Positions 26,372 through 35,175 of a stretch of 64,000 bases of DNA are shown piece after piece (the stretch's first letter is position 1; every line of letters starts with the position of its first letter). Source of the DNA: an uncultured Christensenella sp. GTDB taxonomy: Bacteria > Bacillota > Clostridia > Christensenellales > Christensenellaceae. Location: the NCBI GenBank assembly GCA_964592125.1, contig CAZQBV010000003.1, positions 1,605 to 65,604 on the forward strand. The letters run 5' to 3'. The position numbers were made by a program, and so were the translations under genes. Below the pieces are notes generated by a model. That model worked only from the letters and a program-made list of their open reading frames with translations. It made no database searches and was not told the DNA's origin.

Positions 26372-27184
26372 ATGATGCAGGGCACTTACACTGCGGCACT
26401 GGGAATAATGTCGCAGCAAAAAAGAATAGATACCATAGCCAATAACTTGGCAAATGTAAGCACAAATGGCTATAAAAGCAACCGTGCGGATTTTAAAGAT
26501 GCGTTGTACCAAACCATGCAGCGTGTGGAGCAACCGCAGGACAACTTGAACATGAAAAAGGGATCGGGTGTACTGGTTTCTGGTTTTATTAGAAATTTTG
26601 TAACGGGCTTTATGAACGAAGGCTCGGAAACCAATTGTTTTATGGAAAACCCACCCGGTGTAACCACTTTTTTTGCTGTAAGGCAGGGAAATGGTGAAGT
26701 GGCATATACCAGAGATGGCGCATTTGAAAAAAGTGTTGAGGCAGATGGTGTTTATCTTGTGACAGCAGGCAGACAATATGTATTGGATCAAAATGGTCAA
26801 AGGATTAGATTGCCTGAGGATGGACAGCTTTTGATTGGCAAAGATGGAACGATATCCAGTGTGACGACTGTAAAGAACGAAAAGGGTGAAGATGTTGTGA
26901 CAACTACCCCCTATGCAAAAATTGGGATTTATGCTTTTCCAAACCCAGATGGTTTGGAACTGATATCTGGCAACATGTTTGCGGCATCTGCTAACTCGGG
27001 CACTGCGCGTGCAGCGGGTACAGATGAATACAGTGTAGTGCAGGGGGCGTATGAAGGCTCCAATGTAGACCTTGCTGAGGAGATGTCTCAATTGGTGAGA
27101 GGTACACGCATGTTGCAATTCTCTTCACGGGCACTGTCCACGGCAGATCAGATGGATGAAACTGCAATATCGGTGAGACGTTAA
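26372..27184 (+). CDS. flagellar basal-body rod protein, FlgF/FlgG family (FlhP-like)
   Basis: N-terminal AALGIMSQQKRIDTIANNLANVSTNGYK. C-terminal QGAYEGSNVDLAEEMSQLVRGTRMLQF. Confidence 0.9.
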   Translation: MMQGTYTAALGIMSQQKRIDTIANNLANVSTNGYKSNRADFKDALYQTMQRVEQPQDNLNMKKGSGVLVSGFIRNFVTGFMNEGSETNCFMENPPGVTTFFAVRQGNGEVAYTRDGAFEKSVEADGVYLVTAGRQYVLDQNGQRIRLPEDGQLLIGKDGTISSVTTVKNEKGEDVVTTTPYAKIGIYAFPNPDGLELISGNMFAASANSGTARAAGTDEYSVVQGAYEGSNVDLAEEMSQLVRGTRMLQFSSRALSTADQMDETAISVRR

Positions 27185-27216
27185 TAGAGGGCATCTGGCG
27201 AGGAGGGTGAAAAGAA

Positions 27217-27645
27217 GTGCTGAATAATTTTAAAAAGTGCAAATCTTGCGGTAAGATTTTTTCGAATATGGGAAGACCTATTTGTCCCGAATGCATTAAG
27301 AAACAGGATGAAGAGTTTACAAAGGTAAGAAAGTATATATATGATAATCCAACTGTAAAAGTAGAGGATGTCGCCGAAGAGACAGAAGTGCCGCTGAAAA
27401 CAATACTACAGTTTTTGAAAGAAGGAAGACTACAACTAAAGAGTGCAGATGGCTTGTTGGCCTGTGAAAAATGTGGAATAGCCATTACAACAGGAACGAT
27501 GTGCGAGAACTGCAAAAAGAATCTTGCAAGTGCGTTGCAAAGCAGTGTGGCACCGGGAGGGGCAGCCGTAGCACCACCGAAACAAAAGGATACAAGCGGA
27601 CTTAAGACGCAAAATAAGCTGCATATAAACTTGAACAAAAGGTAG
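27217..27645 (+). CDS. yvyF: YvyF-type flagellar operon zinc-ribbon protein
   Basis: CKSCGK...CPEC and CEKCG...CENC pairs. Position upstream of flgM, as in B. subtilis. GTG start after AGGAGGG. Confidence 0.7.
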   Translation: MLNNFKKCKSCGKIFSNMGRPICPECIKKQDEEFTKVRKYIYDNPTVKVEDVAEETEVPLKTILQFLKEGRLQLKSADGLLACEKCGIAITTGTMCENCKKNLASALQSSVAPGGAAVAPPKQKDTSGLKTQNKLHINLNKR

Positions 27646-27663
27646 AAATTGAGGTAGATAGAG

Positions 27664-27978
27664 ATGAAAGTAAATGTGACTTTTCCTGTAGCAGGATTGG
27701 AACAATACAAAGCAACAAGGAAAAAGGCAGAAGTGGGCTCGGCAACCCAGGTAAGCCAGCATGATGAAATTGCATTCTCTAAAGATGCAACCTTGTTTTC
27801 TGATGTTTTGAAAGCTGCAAAAAGCTCTATAAGTGATCGCTTGGAGAAGTCTGACATCAATATTGATACGATAAAGAGCAAAATTGAAAGTGGAGCCTAT
27901 GAAGTGAAAGCGGAAGAACTGGCAGACAGCATACTGATGCTTCAGGGGTATTACGAAAGAAGGCAGTTGAATGATTGA
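27664..27978 (+). CDS. flgM: anti-sigma-28 factor FlgM
   Basis: 104 aa. C-terminal IDTIKSKIESGAYEVKAEELADSIL is typical of FlgM. Confidence 0.8.
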   Translation: MKVNVTFPVAGLEQYKATRKKAEVGSATQVSQHDEIAFSKDATLFSDVLKAAKSSISDRLEKSDINIDTIKSKIESGAYEVKAEELADSILMLQGYYERRQLND

Positions 27979-28456
27979 TAAGATTATCGCTTTACTGGAA
28001 CAGCTGAAAGAGGTGTACAGTAAGCTTTATGATATGTCAAAGAAAAAACAGGAATATATTATTGCCAATGAAGCGCAACATGTGAGTGACTTGATAAAAG
28101 AGGAATGGCACCTTATGGAGGATGCTACCCGCTTGGAAGATGAAAGAAATAGCTTGGTATTGTCGCTTTTGCAAGGCAAAGAGGAAGAAACCTCTATACA
28201 GGAAATTATAAAAGTTGCGAACCCAGGGCAACAAGCAAAACTGGTTGACATATCGGATGAGCTGAAGGGAATAATAGAAAAGCAGAAGAGGATTAATGCA
28301 GAGAACCAGTCACTGATAGAATTCCATTTGGAATATATGGAATATATGATTAATACAGTGCTGAAGGAACCCGATGTAAGTAGCATATATGGCAATACAG
28401 GAACGGTGGATGACAGCGGGATAGATAACAGAAGTATACTGGATAGTGAAGCATAG
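27971..28456 (+). CDS. flgN: FlgN-like flagellar chaperone
   Basis: 161-aa helical protein overlapping the flgM stop and lying upstream of flgK. Confidence 0.6.
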   Translation: MIDKIIALLEQLKEVYSKLYDMSKKKQEYIIANEAQHVSDLIKEEWHLMEDATRLEDERNSLVLSLLQGKEEETSIQEIIKVANPGQQAKLVDISDELKGIIEKQKRINAENQSLIEFHLEYMEYMINTVLKEPDVSSIYGNTGTVDDSGIDNRSILDSEA

Positions 28457-28499
28457 ACTAGCAAAAACGGCTTTATCAATAGAGATTGGCTTTTGTAGA

Positions 28500-28526
28500 T
28501 AAAAAGCGTATGAATGATGGCGATTT
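28500..28526 (+). promoter_or_regulatory. weak candidate sigma-28 promoter upstream of flgK
   Basis: TAAA-N15-GGCGATTT. Confidence 0.25.
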
Positions 28527-28620
28527 ATATACGCAGCGGGAGCCATCACTGCTCTGCTTGACTCACGTAGAGCGTGGATGACTAAAAAATGGATGTGAGA
28601 CGGAAAGGTTTTGGTTTTTT

Positions 28621-30144
28621 ATGAGATCAACATTTTACGGACTGGAAATAGCAAAAACGGGATTGTTTACAGCACAAAATCAATTGGATGTAACAGGGCA
28701 CAATATGTCTAACTCCTCTACAGTTGGATATACCCGGCAAAGGCTTGTAACAAAGGCGATGCCGCCGGGATATGGCGATACCTTTATAGCTGTGGATAGG
28801 AAAAGCACAGCAGGACGTGGTGTAAACACAATGTTTATCGAGCAGGTGCGCAACCCGTTCCTAGACCATCAATATAGGAATGAAAATGCCACAACTACGC
28901 AATGGACAACAAAAGAGCAACATTTTGAATATGTAGAGGCTCTGTTTAACAACGAGCTGGATCAAATGGATGTTTCGGCAGGACTGACCAGTGTGATAGA
29001 AGGTTTTTATAGCAGCCTGTATGCCTTGGTGGCGAGCCCATCCAATTCCCCCGCACGTAACAGTGTGAAGGAAAATGCGATAAAGATTACTGATTCCATG
29101 CATCTTTATTACAACAAGCTAATAGAACAGCAGGATGCATTGAATGAAAGTATACGGATTTCTGTAAATGAAGTAAATGATTTGGTAGACCAAATTGCGC
29201 TTTTGAATAAGCAAATTAGTTCTTTTGAAATAACAGGCGCACGGGCGAATGATCTGCGTGACCAGCGTAACGTTTTGTTGGATACGCTTTCGGGAATTAT
29301 GAACATTACAGTGAGTGAAGACCCCAATGGACAGATGGTGGTGCAGGTGGGCAACAAGACACTGATACACCATGACCGCACAAAGCATATGGTGGTAGAA
29401 AAAGATGTGCCGAACGCGATACCGGGTGAAGCAGATGTATACGGAATTTACTGGGCGGATGCTGACGGAAACTCTACGGGTAGAGCTGTGGAGATTACCA
29501 ATGGTGCGTTGCGGGGCTATTTGGACATTCGCGATGGAGACAGCTCTACCAACCCGGGTATACCGCAGGTGGTGGAGCAATTGAATGCCATGGCTCGTAA
29601 ATTGGTGGAAGAATTCAATGCAGTGCATACAACGGGTTGGACATTGCCGGGCACGGTGAATCAAGCTTCGCGCACGGGTATTAATTTTTTTGATGTGGCA
29701 GGGCTGACTGCAAAAACAATTTCGCTGGATGCAGAAATTTTGAAGGATGCCAGTAACATTGCTTGCTCGGACATGCCAGTGTTGGATCCAACAAAAGAAA
29801 ACAATCAAACGGGTAATGCCGAAATATTAAAAAAACTTTGCGACCTGATATACAAGAAGGATGACGATGGCAGACCGGACAACCTGAGCGGACGTTATAA
29901 GGAACTGTTAAACAGTATTTCTTTATCTATGAGCCATATGCATACTACGTCTGATGCGCAGAGTGTGATGAGGGCTCATTTGGATCAACAACGGAAATCT
30001 ATCAGCGCAGTTTCACTTGACGAGGAAATGACTAATATTGTGCGTTTTGGCCATTCTTACAGTGCTGCGTCGCGTATGATAACTGCAATAGATGAGGAAC
30101 TGGATACTTTAATAAACAGAATGGGTCTGGTGGGGCGGTCTTAA
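28621..30144 (+). CDS. flgK: flagellar hook-associated protein 1, FlgK
   Basis: N-terminal MRSTFYGLEIAKTGLFTAQNQLDVTGHNMSN. C-terminal VSLDEEMTNIVRFGHSYSAASRMI. Confidence 0.92.
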   Translation: MRSTFYGLEIAKTGLFTAQNQLDVTGHNMSNSSTVGYTRQRLVTKAMPPGYGDTFIAVDRKSTAGRGVNTMFIEQVRNPFLDHQYRNENATTTQWTTKEQHFEYVEALFNNELDQMDVSAGLTSVIEGFYSSLYALVASPSNSPARNSVKENAIKITDSMHLYYNKLIEQQDALNESIRISVNEVNDLVDQIALLNKQISSFEITGARANDLRDQRNVLLDTLSGIMNITVSEDPNGQMVVQVGNKTLIHHDRTKHMVVEKDVPNAIPGEADVYGIYWADADGNSTGRAVEITNGALRGYLDIRDGDSSTNPGIPQVVEQLNAMARKLVEEFNAVHTTGWTLPGTVNQASRTGINFFDVAGLTAKTISLDAEILKDASNIACSDMPVLDPTKENNQTGNAEILKKLCDLIYKKDDDGRPDNLSGRYKELLNSISLSMSHMHTTSDAQSVMRAHLDQQRKSISAVSLDEEMTNIVRFGHSYSAASRMITAIDEELDTLINRMGLVGRS

Positions 30145-30198
30145 AAGCTAGCACCATTGCTTTTTGTTTAAGATGATAACGCATGGAGGAACAAGTAG

Positions 30199-31749
30199 AT
30201 GCGAATAACAAATTCCATGATGATGGATAATGTACTAAAAGATTTGAATAACGGCATGCTGCGCATGGATAAATATAGTTCACAGCTTGCAAGTAACCGC
30301 AAAATGGTGCGGTTGTCGGACAACTCAATTGGGCTGAATAATAGCTTGAATGCGCGGGCTCAACTGAGACAAATTCAGCAATATCGTGATAATATTGTGA
30401 CGGCACGCCAATGGACGCAGCAGGCAGAATCTTCTATTACTGATATGCAGAGCATTGTGAGGACGGTTTACGAGAACACGATTGATGCTGGTGGCGTAAA
30501 AAATCCTGATGACAAAAAAAATATTGCGACGTTGATTAACCAGATGAAACAACATTTGTTTGAAACCTGCAATACTGCAATTGCGGATAAATATATTTTT
30601 GGTGGGTTCAATACATCTACAAAGCCTTTTTCTATGGATGCAAATGGTAAAGTTTTGTATAATGGCTTGGATTTGGGCGCTAGCACGCCGCCAAGGCCTG
30701 CGAATGCGTTTGGCATTGTTACTGATGTAACATTTGGAGCGTGGACAGGCGATATTTACCCACTGGAAAATTATACAATTACTGCAAATGGTGCGGATGA
30801 ATTGCTCTTTACAACCGCAGATGGGTCAGTTACAAAAACGGTGAAAATACCTACGCCCCGAGAAGGTATGAATACGATTAATATGACAAGCCAAGGGTTG
30901 GGTGTGATTACCTACGAATGTACGGATCCTCTCAACCTGCCTACGGCTACGGATATAAGAGATGCAATTGCTGTTGCGGGTAGTGTTTCGTCGGATTTAT
31001 ATGTGATGGCCACACAAATTGAGATGGAAACTGCAATACAGCAGCCAGCGAGTGACCCAGCTGCTGCAATTACTTGGAATGGTCCTATGACGGCACAGGG
31101 TAAGTTTACTGTTTCTACAACCAATAATCCGGGAGAGATTGCCATACACGATGAGCGGGGCACTTTGATTACAAAGCAAACATTGGTGCCCGGTGCTGGG
31201 GGCATAGACCTGACATCTGTAGGGTTGGGCACAATCACTTGGAACCCAGCGACCGTTGCCACTGCAGAAGATATAGCAGATTCCTTGTCTAACACAGGGT
31301 TTGTAACAACAAAACTGGGACAGGAAATGTCGCAGCATATTCGATTTGAGACAGGGTTTGAAACGTCTACAGATGCCACTTTCAATGGAATACAGCTGGT
31401 GGGCTTGGGCAAAGAAAATTTATTTCGCATCCTAGACGATTTGCTGACAGATTTAAATGCGGGTGAAAATAATGATGTGCTTACAACACACTTAACGCGT
31501 TTATTAAATAAGCAAGATGCTTTCTTGACCAATATTGTGGAGCTGGGCGCACGTGCAACGAAGCTGGATATGATGGAGAATAGGTATCAAGTAGACTTTA
31601 TCAATGCAGAAGCGGTGCGTACAGATATTGAGGATATTGACCAGGCGTATGTTATTATGCAGTATAAGTTCTGTGAAGCGATATACAGACAGGCGTTGGC
31701 AGCCGGAGCACAAATTATACAGCCGACTTTGATGGATTTCTTAAGATAA
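30199..31749 (+). CDS. flgL: flagellar hook-associated protein 3, FlgL, enlarged (516 aa)
   Basis: Flagellin-like N and C termini (MRITNSMMMDNVLKDLNN...; ...DIDQAYVIMQYKFCEAIYRQALAAGAQIIQPTLMDFLR). Follows flgK. Confidence 0.88.
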   Translation: MRITNSMMMDNVLKDLNNGMLRMDKYSSQLASNRKMVRLSDNSIGLNNSLNARAQLRQIQQYRDNIVTARQWTQQAESSITDMQSIVRTVYENTIDAGGVKNPDDKKNIATLINQMKQHLFETCNTAIADKYIFGGFNTSTKPFSMDANGKVLYNGLDLGASTPPRPANAFGIVTDVTFGAWTGDIYPLENYTITANGADELLFTTADGSVTKTVKIPTPREGMNTINMTSQGLGVITYECTDPLNLPTATDIRDAIAVAGSVSSDLYVMATQIEMETAIQQPASDPAAAITWNGPMTAQGKFTVSTTNNPGEIAIHDERGTLITKQTLVPGAGGIDLTSVGLGTITWNPATVATAEDIADSLSNTGFVTTKLGQEMSQHIRFETGFETSTDATFNGIQLVGLGKENLFRILDDLLTDLNAGENNDVLTTHLTRLLNKQDAFLTNIVELGARATKLDMMENRYQVDFINAEAVRTDIEDIDQAYVIMQYKFCEAIYRQALAAGAQIIQPTLMDFLR

Positions 31750-31874
31750 TCGAAGCGTTGGTGCTGAAAAAGAGTTGCTTTTGTCTGGTGAGAAAGTAGA
31801 TAAAATAGTTTGCAAAAAACGGTTGAATTATGAGGTTGTTTTCATAATATTATTTGGTAGGGAGGTGACTACCG

Positions 31875-32480
31875 ATGAAGACATTGGATATCCAAACCAG
31901 TAGGCCGCGTCTAGACATTACTACTACAAACGCCAAGTTAATTGTATCCAACAAAATAAGGCGTTTTAGGGCCAAGCGAGTTGCACCCCAAATGATGGTG
32001 GAGCGGCAAGCACCTGTTATGAAAGTGGATTGGAGTCAGGTGTGGGCAGAATCTGGAAGAAGGTCTCCTGAAAAGCTGAAGCAGTACATGAATCAATTGA
32101 GCAAGCAAAATGTTGAGCGTGCCATCCAAACGATTGTGGGAAATGGCAACTACATGCTGCAATTGGAAAATTATATTGGCACTAAGAAAAACCCAATTGG
32201 TGATATATCATTTGAACAAATGATGAGCGAGTTACCAGAAATTAATGTGGCCATGATGCCACAATCTATGCCAGATGTATCTTGGGATCCTGGATTTGTA
32301 AAGATAGAGTGGACCACCGGTGAAATGCAGATTGAGTGGGATGATGACTTTATGCCAGATGTTACCGTGACACCGCACTCTGTGGAGATTAGACTTTCAG
32401 GGCATAGTGAAGTAAAAATATCGGTAAAGGAAGATAGGGTGCCCTATACAAACGGAAAAAAGGTGAATCAAAAAGCTTAA
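31875..32480 (+). CDS. YviE-like protein (DUF6470-type) of the flgL-fliW interval
   Basis: 201 aa occupying the same position as B. subtilis yviE. No catalytic motif. Confidence 0.5.
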   Translation: MKTLDIQTSRPRLDITTTNAKLIVSNKIRRFRAKRVAPQMMVERQAPVMKVDWSQVWAESGRRSPEKLKQYMNQLSKQNVERAIQTIVGNGNYMLQLENYIGTKKNPIGDISFEQMMSELPEINVAMMPQSMPDVSWDPGFVKIEWTTGEMQIEWDDDFMPDVTVTPHSVEIRLSGHSEVKISVKEDRVPYTNGKKVNQKA

Positions 32481-32496
32481 AGAGAGGATTTAAACA

Positions 32497-32991
32497 GTGG
32501 AAATAATCTCATCACGTTTTGGTACAGTAAATATAAATGAAAAAAGCATTATTACTTTCCCCGGGGGACTTCCGGGGTTTGCTAATTTAACGAAGTTTAC
32601 GATTATTAGGTGTGACCAAACAGAACCGATTCAATGGTTGCAAAGTATAGAGGATGTAGATGTCTCAGTTCCTATTATAAATCCATTTATAATAAAGCCA
32701 GAATATGAAATAGAAGTGAATGACGATGAGCTGGAAATCATAAAGACACATAGTGAAGAAGATATGATTGTGCTGAATATCATGGTGCTACCTGAAGAAT
32801 TGAGCAAGATGACAGTGAACTTGATGGCACCTGTGTTGATAAATGTAAAGGAGATGCTGGGCACACAAGTAATGATGGACTATAAGCCCCTTCCCATAAG
32901 ATATCCTGCATTTGATTCGCTGATGAAGTACTATCGAAACATTTCAAAGGAGGTGGGTCTCAGTGCTGGTTCTAACACGGAAAATAAATGA
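32497..32991 (+). CDS. fliW: flagellar assembly factor FliW
   Basis: ITFPGGLPGFANLTKFTII...EPIQWLQSIED...PIINPF. GTG start. Confidence 0.88.
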   Translation: MEIISSRFGTVNINEKSIITFPGGLPGFANLTKFTIIRCDQTEPIQWLQSIEDVDVSVPIINPFIIKPEYEIEVNDDELEIIKTHSEEDMIVLNIMVLPEELSKMTVNLMAPVLINVKEMLGTQVMMDYKPLPIRYPAFDSLMKYYRNISKEVGLSAGSNTENK

Positions 32992-33214
32992 GGCGATTCT
33001 AATAGGAGATGACATAAAAATAACATTGTTGAATATTGAGTCGGATCGAATAAGAATTGGCATAGATGCACCAAAGAATATGCGGATATATAGATATGAA
33101 ACACTAAAAAAAGTTGTTTTGGAAAATCAAATGGCTGCAAGTGTAAATGTAAACCTTGTCACTTTATCACATCTAAAAGAAGAGATAGAGTTGCCAGAAA
33201 ACAATAAAGAATAA
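32963..33214 (+). CDS. csrA: carbon storage regulator CsrA
   Basis: MLVLTRKINEAILIGDDIKITLLNIESDRIRIGIDAPKNMRIYRYE. The GTG start lies inside the fliW 3' end, after AAGGAGGTGGG. Confidence 0.95.
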   Translation: MLVLTRKINEAILIGDDIKITLLNIESDRIRIGIDAPKNMRIYRYETLKKVVLENQMAASVNVNLVTLSHLKEEIELPENNKE

Positions 33215-33233
33215 AAGAATTTGAATTGGACAG

Positions 33234-33275
33234 GGCTGTTATATTTGTTAGGATATAGCAGCCGTTTTGCTTTTT
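33234..33275 (+). terminator. rho-independent terminator after csrA
   Basis: 11-bp stem GGCTGTTATAT/ATATAGCAGCC with one G-U pair and an 8-nt loop, followed by GTTTTGCTTTTT. Confidence 0.75.
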
Positions 33276-33368
33276 AAACAGCTCAAATATTTAGAGAGTA
33301 GTTAAATAACACCTGAGTGGTATAATATATCTGTGATGAGCACTTTGCAAATTCAAAGGAATAGTCTA

Positions 33369-33397
33369 TTGATTTATTGTAAAAAATAAGCTATTAT
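33369..33397 (+). promoter_or_regulatory. candidate sigma-A promoter upstream of cheC
   Basis: TTGATT-N17-TATTAT. A second candidate, TGGTATAAT, lies at 33318-33326. The context is AT-rich, so a chance match is possible. Confidence 0.3.
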
Positions 33398-33583
33398 GGA
33401 TTAGTGAGACTCGGTATATGAATATTGAGCTTGCTTCCCAAAGCTATGTACAAAATTTGTGGAAGGCTAAGGCAGTTGAATAAAGCGGTGCAATATAACT
33501 GAAAAGATATGAAACTTGCGTTAGGGCACTGTTTTTTTGGTTTATAAAACATTTAGAAGTGTAAATTTATTAGGAGTGCTAAG

Positions 33584-34183
33584 ATGAACATTAATGAAGC
33601 AGACCTTGATCTATTAAAAGAAATAGGGAACATTGGGGCGGGAAATGCTGCATCTGCACTTTCTGAAATGATTGGCTCAACTGTTCATATAGAAGTGCCC
33701 AGAGCCGAGATGATACCATATTCGGAGATGAGCAGGATTATTGGTGATCCTGAGCATGTGGTGTTGGGCATATTGGTTCGTATGGGCGGCGATATGGAAG
33801 GCTACATCTTAATGGCTCAAGAAATGGACGACGCAGTGGCTACTGTGAAGGCATTGATGGGGCGCGAAGTTGACATAAACGATGGAATAAACCTAGAAGA
33901 TTTTGAACTGATGAAAGAAGTATTCAATATCTTGTCGGGTGCGTTTCTTTCTGCAATATCTGAAATGACAAGTATGTCCATAGTACCCTCGGTACCCGAA
34001 ATGACGGCCGATATGGCGATGGCTATTATGAACGTTCCGGTATTGGTTTATGGCGAAATTGGGGATTCGGTGTTGATGCTTGACACAAAATTTGGTGGAG
34101 CTGCCGAATGTATACACGGCCATTTCTTTTTAATACCTACGATAAAGTCATTGGAAGCTCTTAAGAAAGCGTTGTACATGTAG
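33584..34183 (+). CDS. cheC: CheY-P phosphatase CheC
   Basis: LLKEIGNIGAGNAASALSEMIG plus a second half-repeat. Confidence 0.88.
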   Translation: MNINEADLDLLKEIGNIGAGNAASALSEMIGSTVHIEVPRAEMIPYSEMSRIIGDPEHVVLGILVRMGGDMEGYILMAQEMDDAVATVKALMGREVDINDGINLEDFELMKEVFNILSGAFLSAISEMTSMSIVPSVPEMTADMAMAIMNVPVLVYGEIGDSVLMLDTKFGGAAECIHGHFFLIPTIKSLEALKKALYM

Positions 34184-34185
34184 AT

Positions 34186-34668
34186 ATGAAACCGATTATT
34201 ATTGGGATGGCAGAACTGGATGTTGTGAAATGTCCGCAAAATATTACTACACTTGGCTTAGGTTCTTGTGTGGGCGTGGTGCTATATGACAAGGTGAGCA
34301 AGATTGGTGGTATGGTTCATGTTGTTTTGCCAGACTCAAAATCTTCTACTGGCCCAATAAACAAGGCGAAATTTGCCGATACAGGGATTGTGGAGCTTTA
34401 TAACAAAATGCTTCGCACAGGTGCAAATAAGAGTACAATGATAGCAAAACTAGCAGGTGGAGCTCACATGTTTGGAAACATTATGCAAAATGATGCTCTG
34501 AAAGTGGGCGATAGAAATGCTTTTAATAGTAAGATGGCTGTGCTGAAATTGCGTATACCCATTGTAGCTGAGGACTTAGGCGGCTCATATGGTAGAACGA
34601 TAGAGTTAAATACAGAGGATGGAAAGCTTACAGTGAAAACTGTGGGCAAAGGTGTGAATGTGCTGTGA
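34186..34668 (+). CDS. cheD: chemoreceptor glutamine deamidase CheD
   Basis: TLGLGSCVGVVLYD and MVHVVLP motifs. Confidence 0.9.
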   Translation: MKPIIIGMAELDVVKCPQNITTLGLGSCVGVVLYDKVSKIGGMVHVVLPDSKSSTGPINKAKFADTGIVELYNKMLRTGANKSTMIAKLAGGAHMFGNIMQNDALKVGDRNAFNSKMAVLKLRIPIVAEDLGGSYGRTIELNTEDGKLTVKTVGKGVNVL

Positions 34669-34714
34669 AGGCATTTTTGCAATATTTTAGAACAAAACTT
34701 TTAGGAGGGTAAAT

Positions 34715-35071
34715 ATGAAAAAAGTGGTAGTAGTAGACGATGCTGCTTTTATGAGGCTCACAATCAAAAACATGTTGACAAAAAATGGTTTTGATGTTGT
34801 TGGTGAGGCGGAAAATGGTGCGCAGGCGATTACGAAATGTCAGGAATTAGAGCCAGATATTATGACGTTGGATATTACAATGCCGGAAGTTTCTGGAATT
34901 GATGCTCTAAGAGAAATAATGAAAGTTAGACCACAAACTGTTTGTGTTATGGTATCGGCATTGGGGCAAGAAGCCATGGTGAAAGAGGCCGTAATGCTTG
35001 GTGCAAAGGGTTTTGTGGTGAAGCCTTTTAAGGAAGAAATTATTATTTCGGCGTTGAATAAGTTTAAGTAA
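34715..35071 (+). CDS. cheY: chemotaxis response regulator CheY
   Basis: 118-aa stand-alone receiver with VVVVDDAAFMR, IMTLDITMP and KGFVVKPF. Confidence 0.92.
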   Translation: MKKVVVVDDAAFMRLTIKNMLTKNGFDVVGEAENGAQAITKCQELEPDIMTLDITMPEVSGIDALREIMKVRPQTVCVMVSALGQEAMVKEAVMLGAKGFVVKPFKEEIIISALNKFK

Positions 35072-35175
35072 ACCTTTAGCTTCTTGGCAAGTTGTCATTT
35101 GTATAAGATGCATGTTAACATGCAGGCCAAAAGTGGTGGTGTTTATATTTTATTTGTAAGTGAGGTGTTCGGCAA

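Noticed and set aside
25551-27881. Three long minus-strand ORFs (213, 254 and 296 aa).
   Set aside because: They are antisense to the two rod genes, yvyF and flgM. None has a recognisable domain, and the plus-strand genes have clear family signatures.
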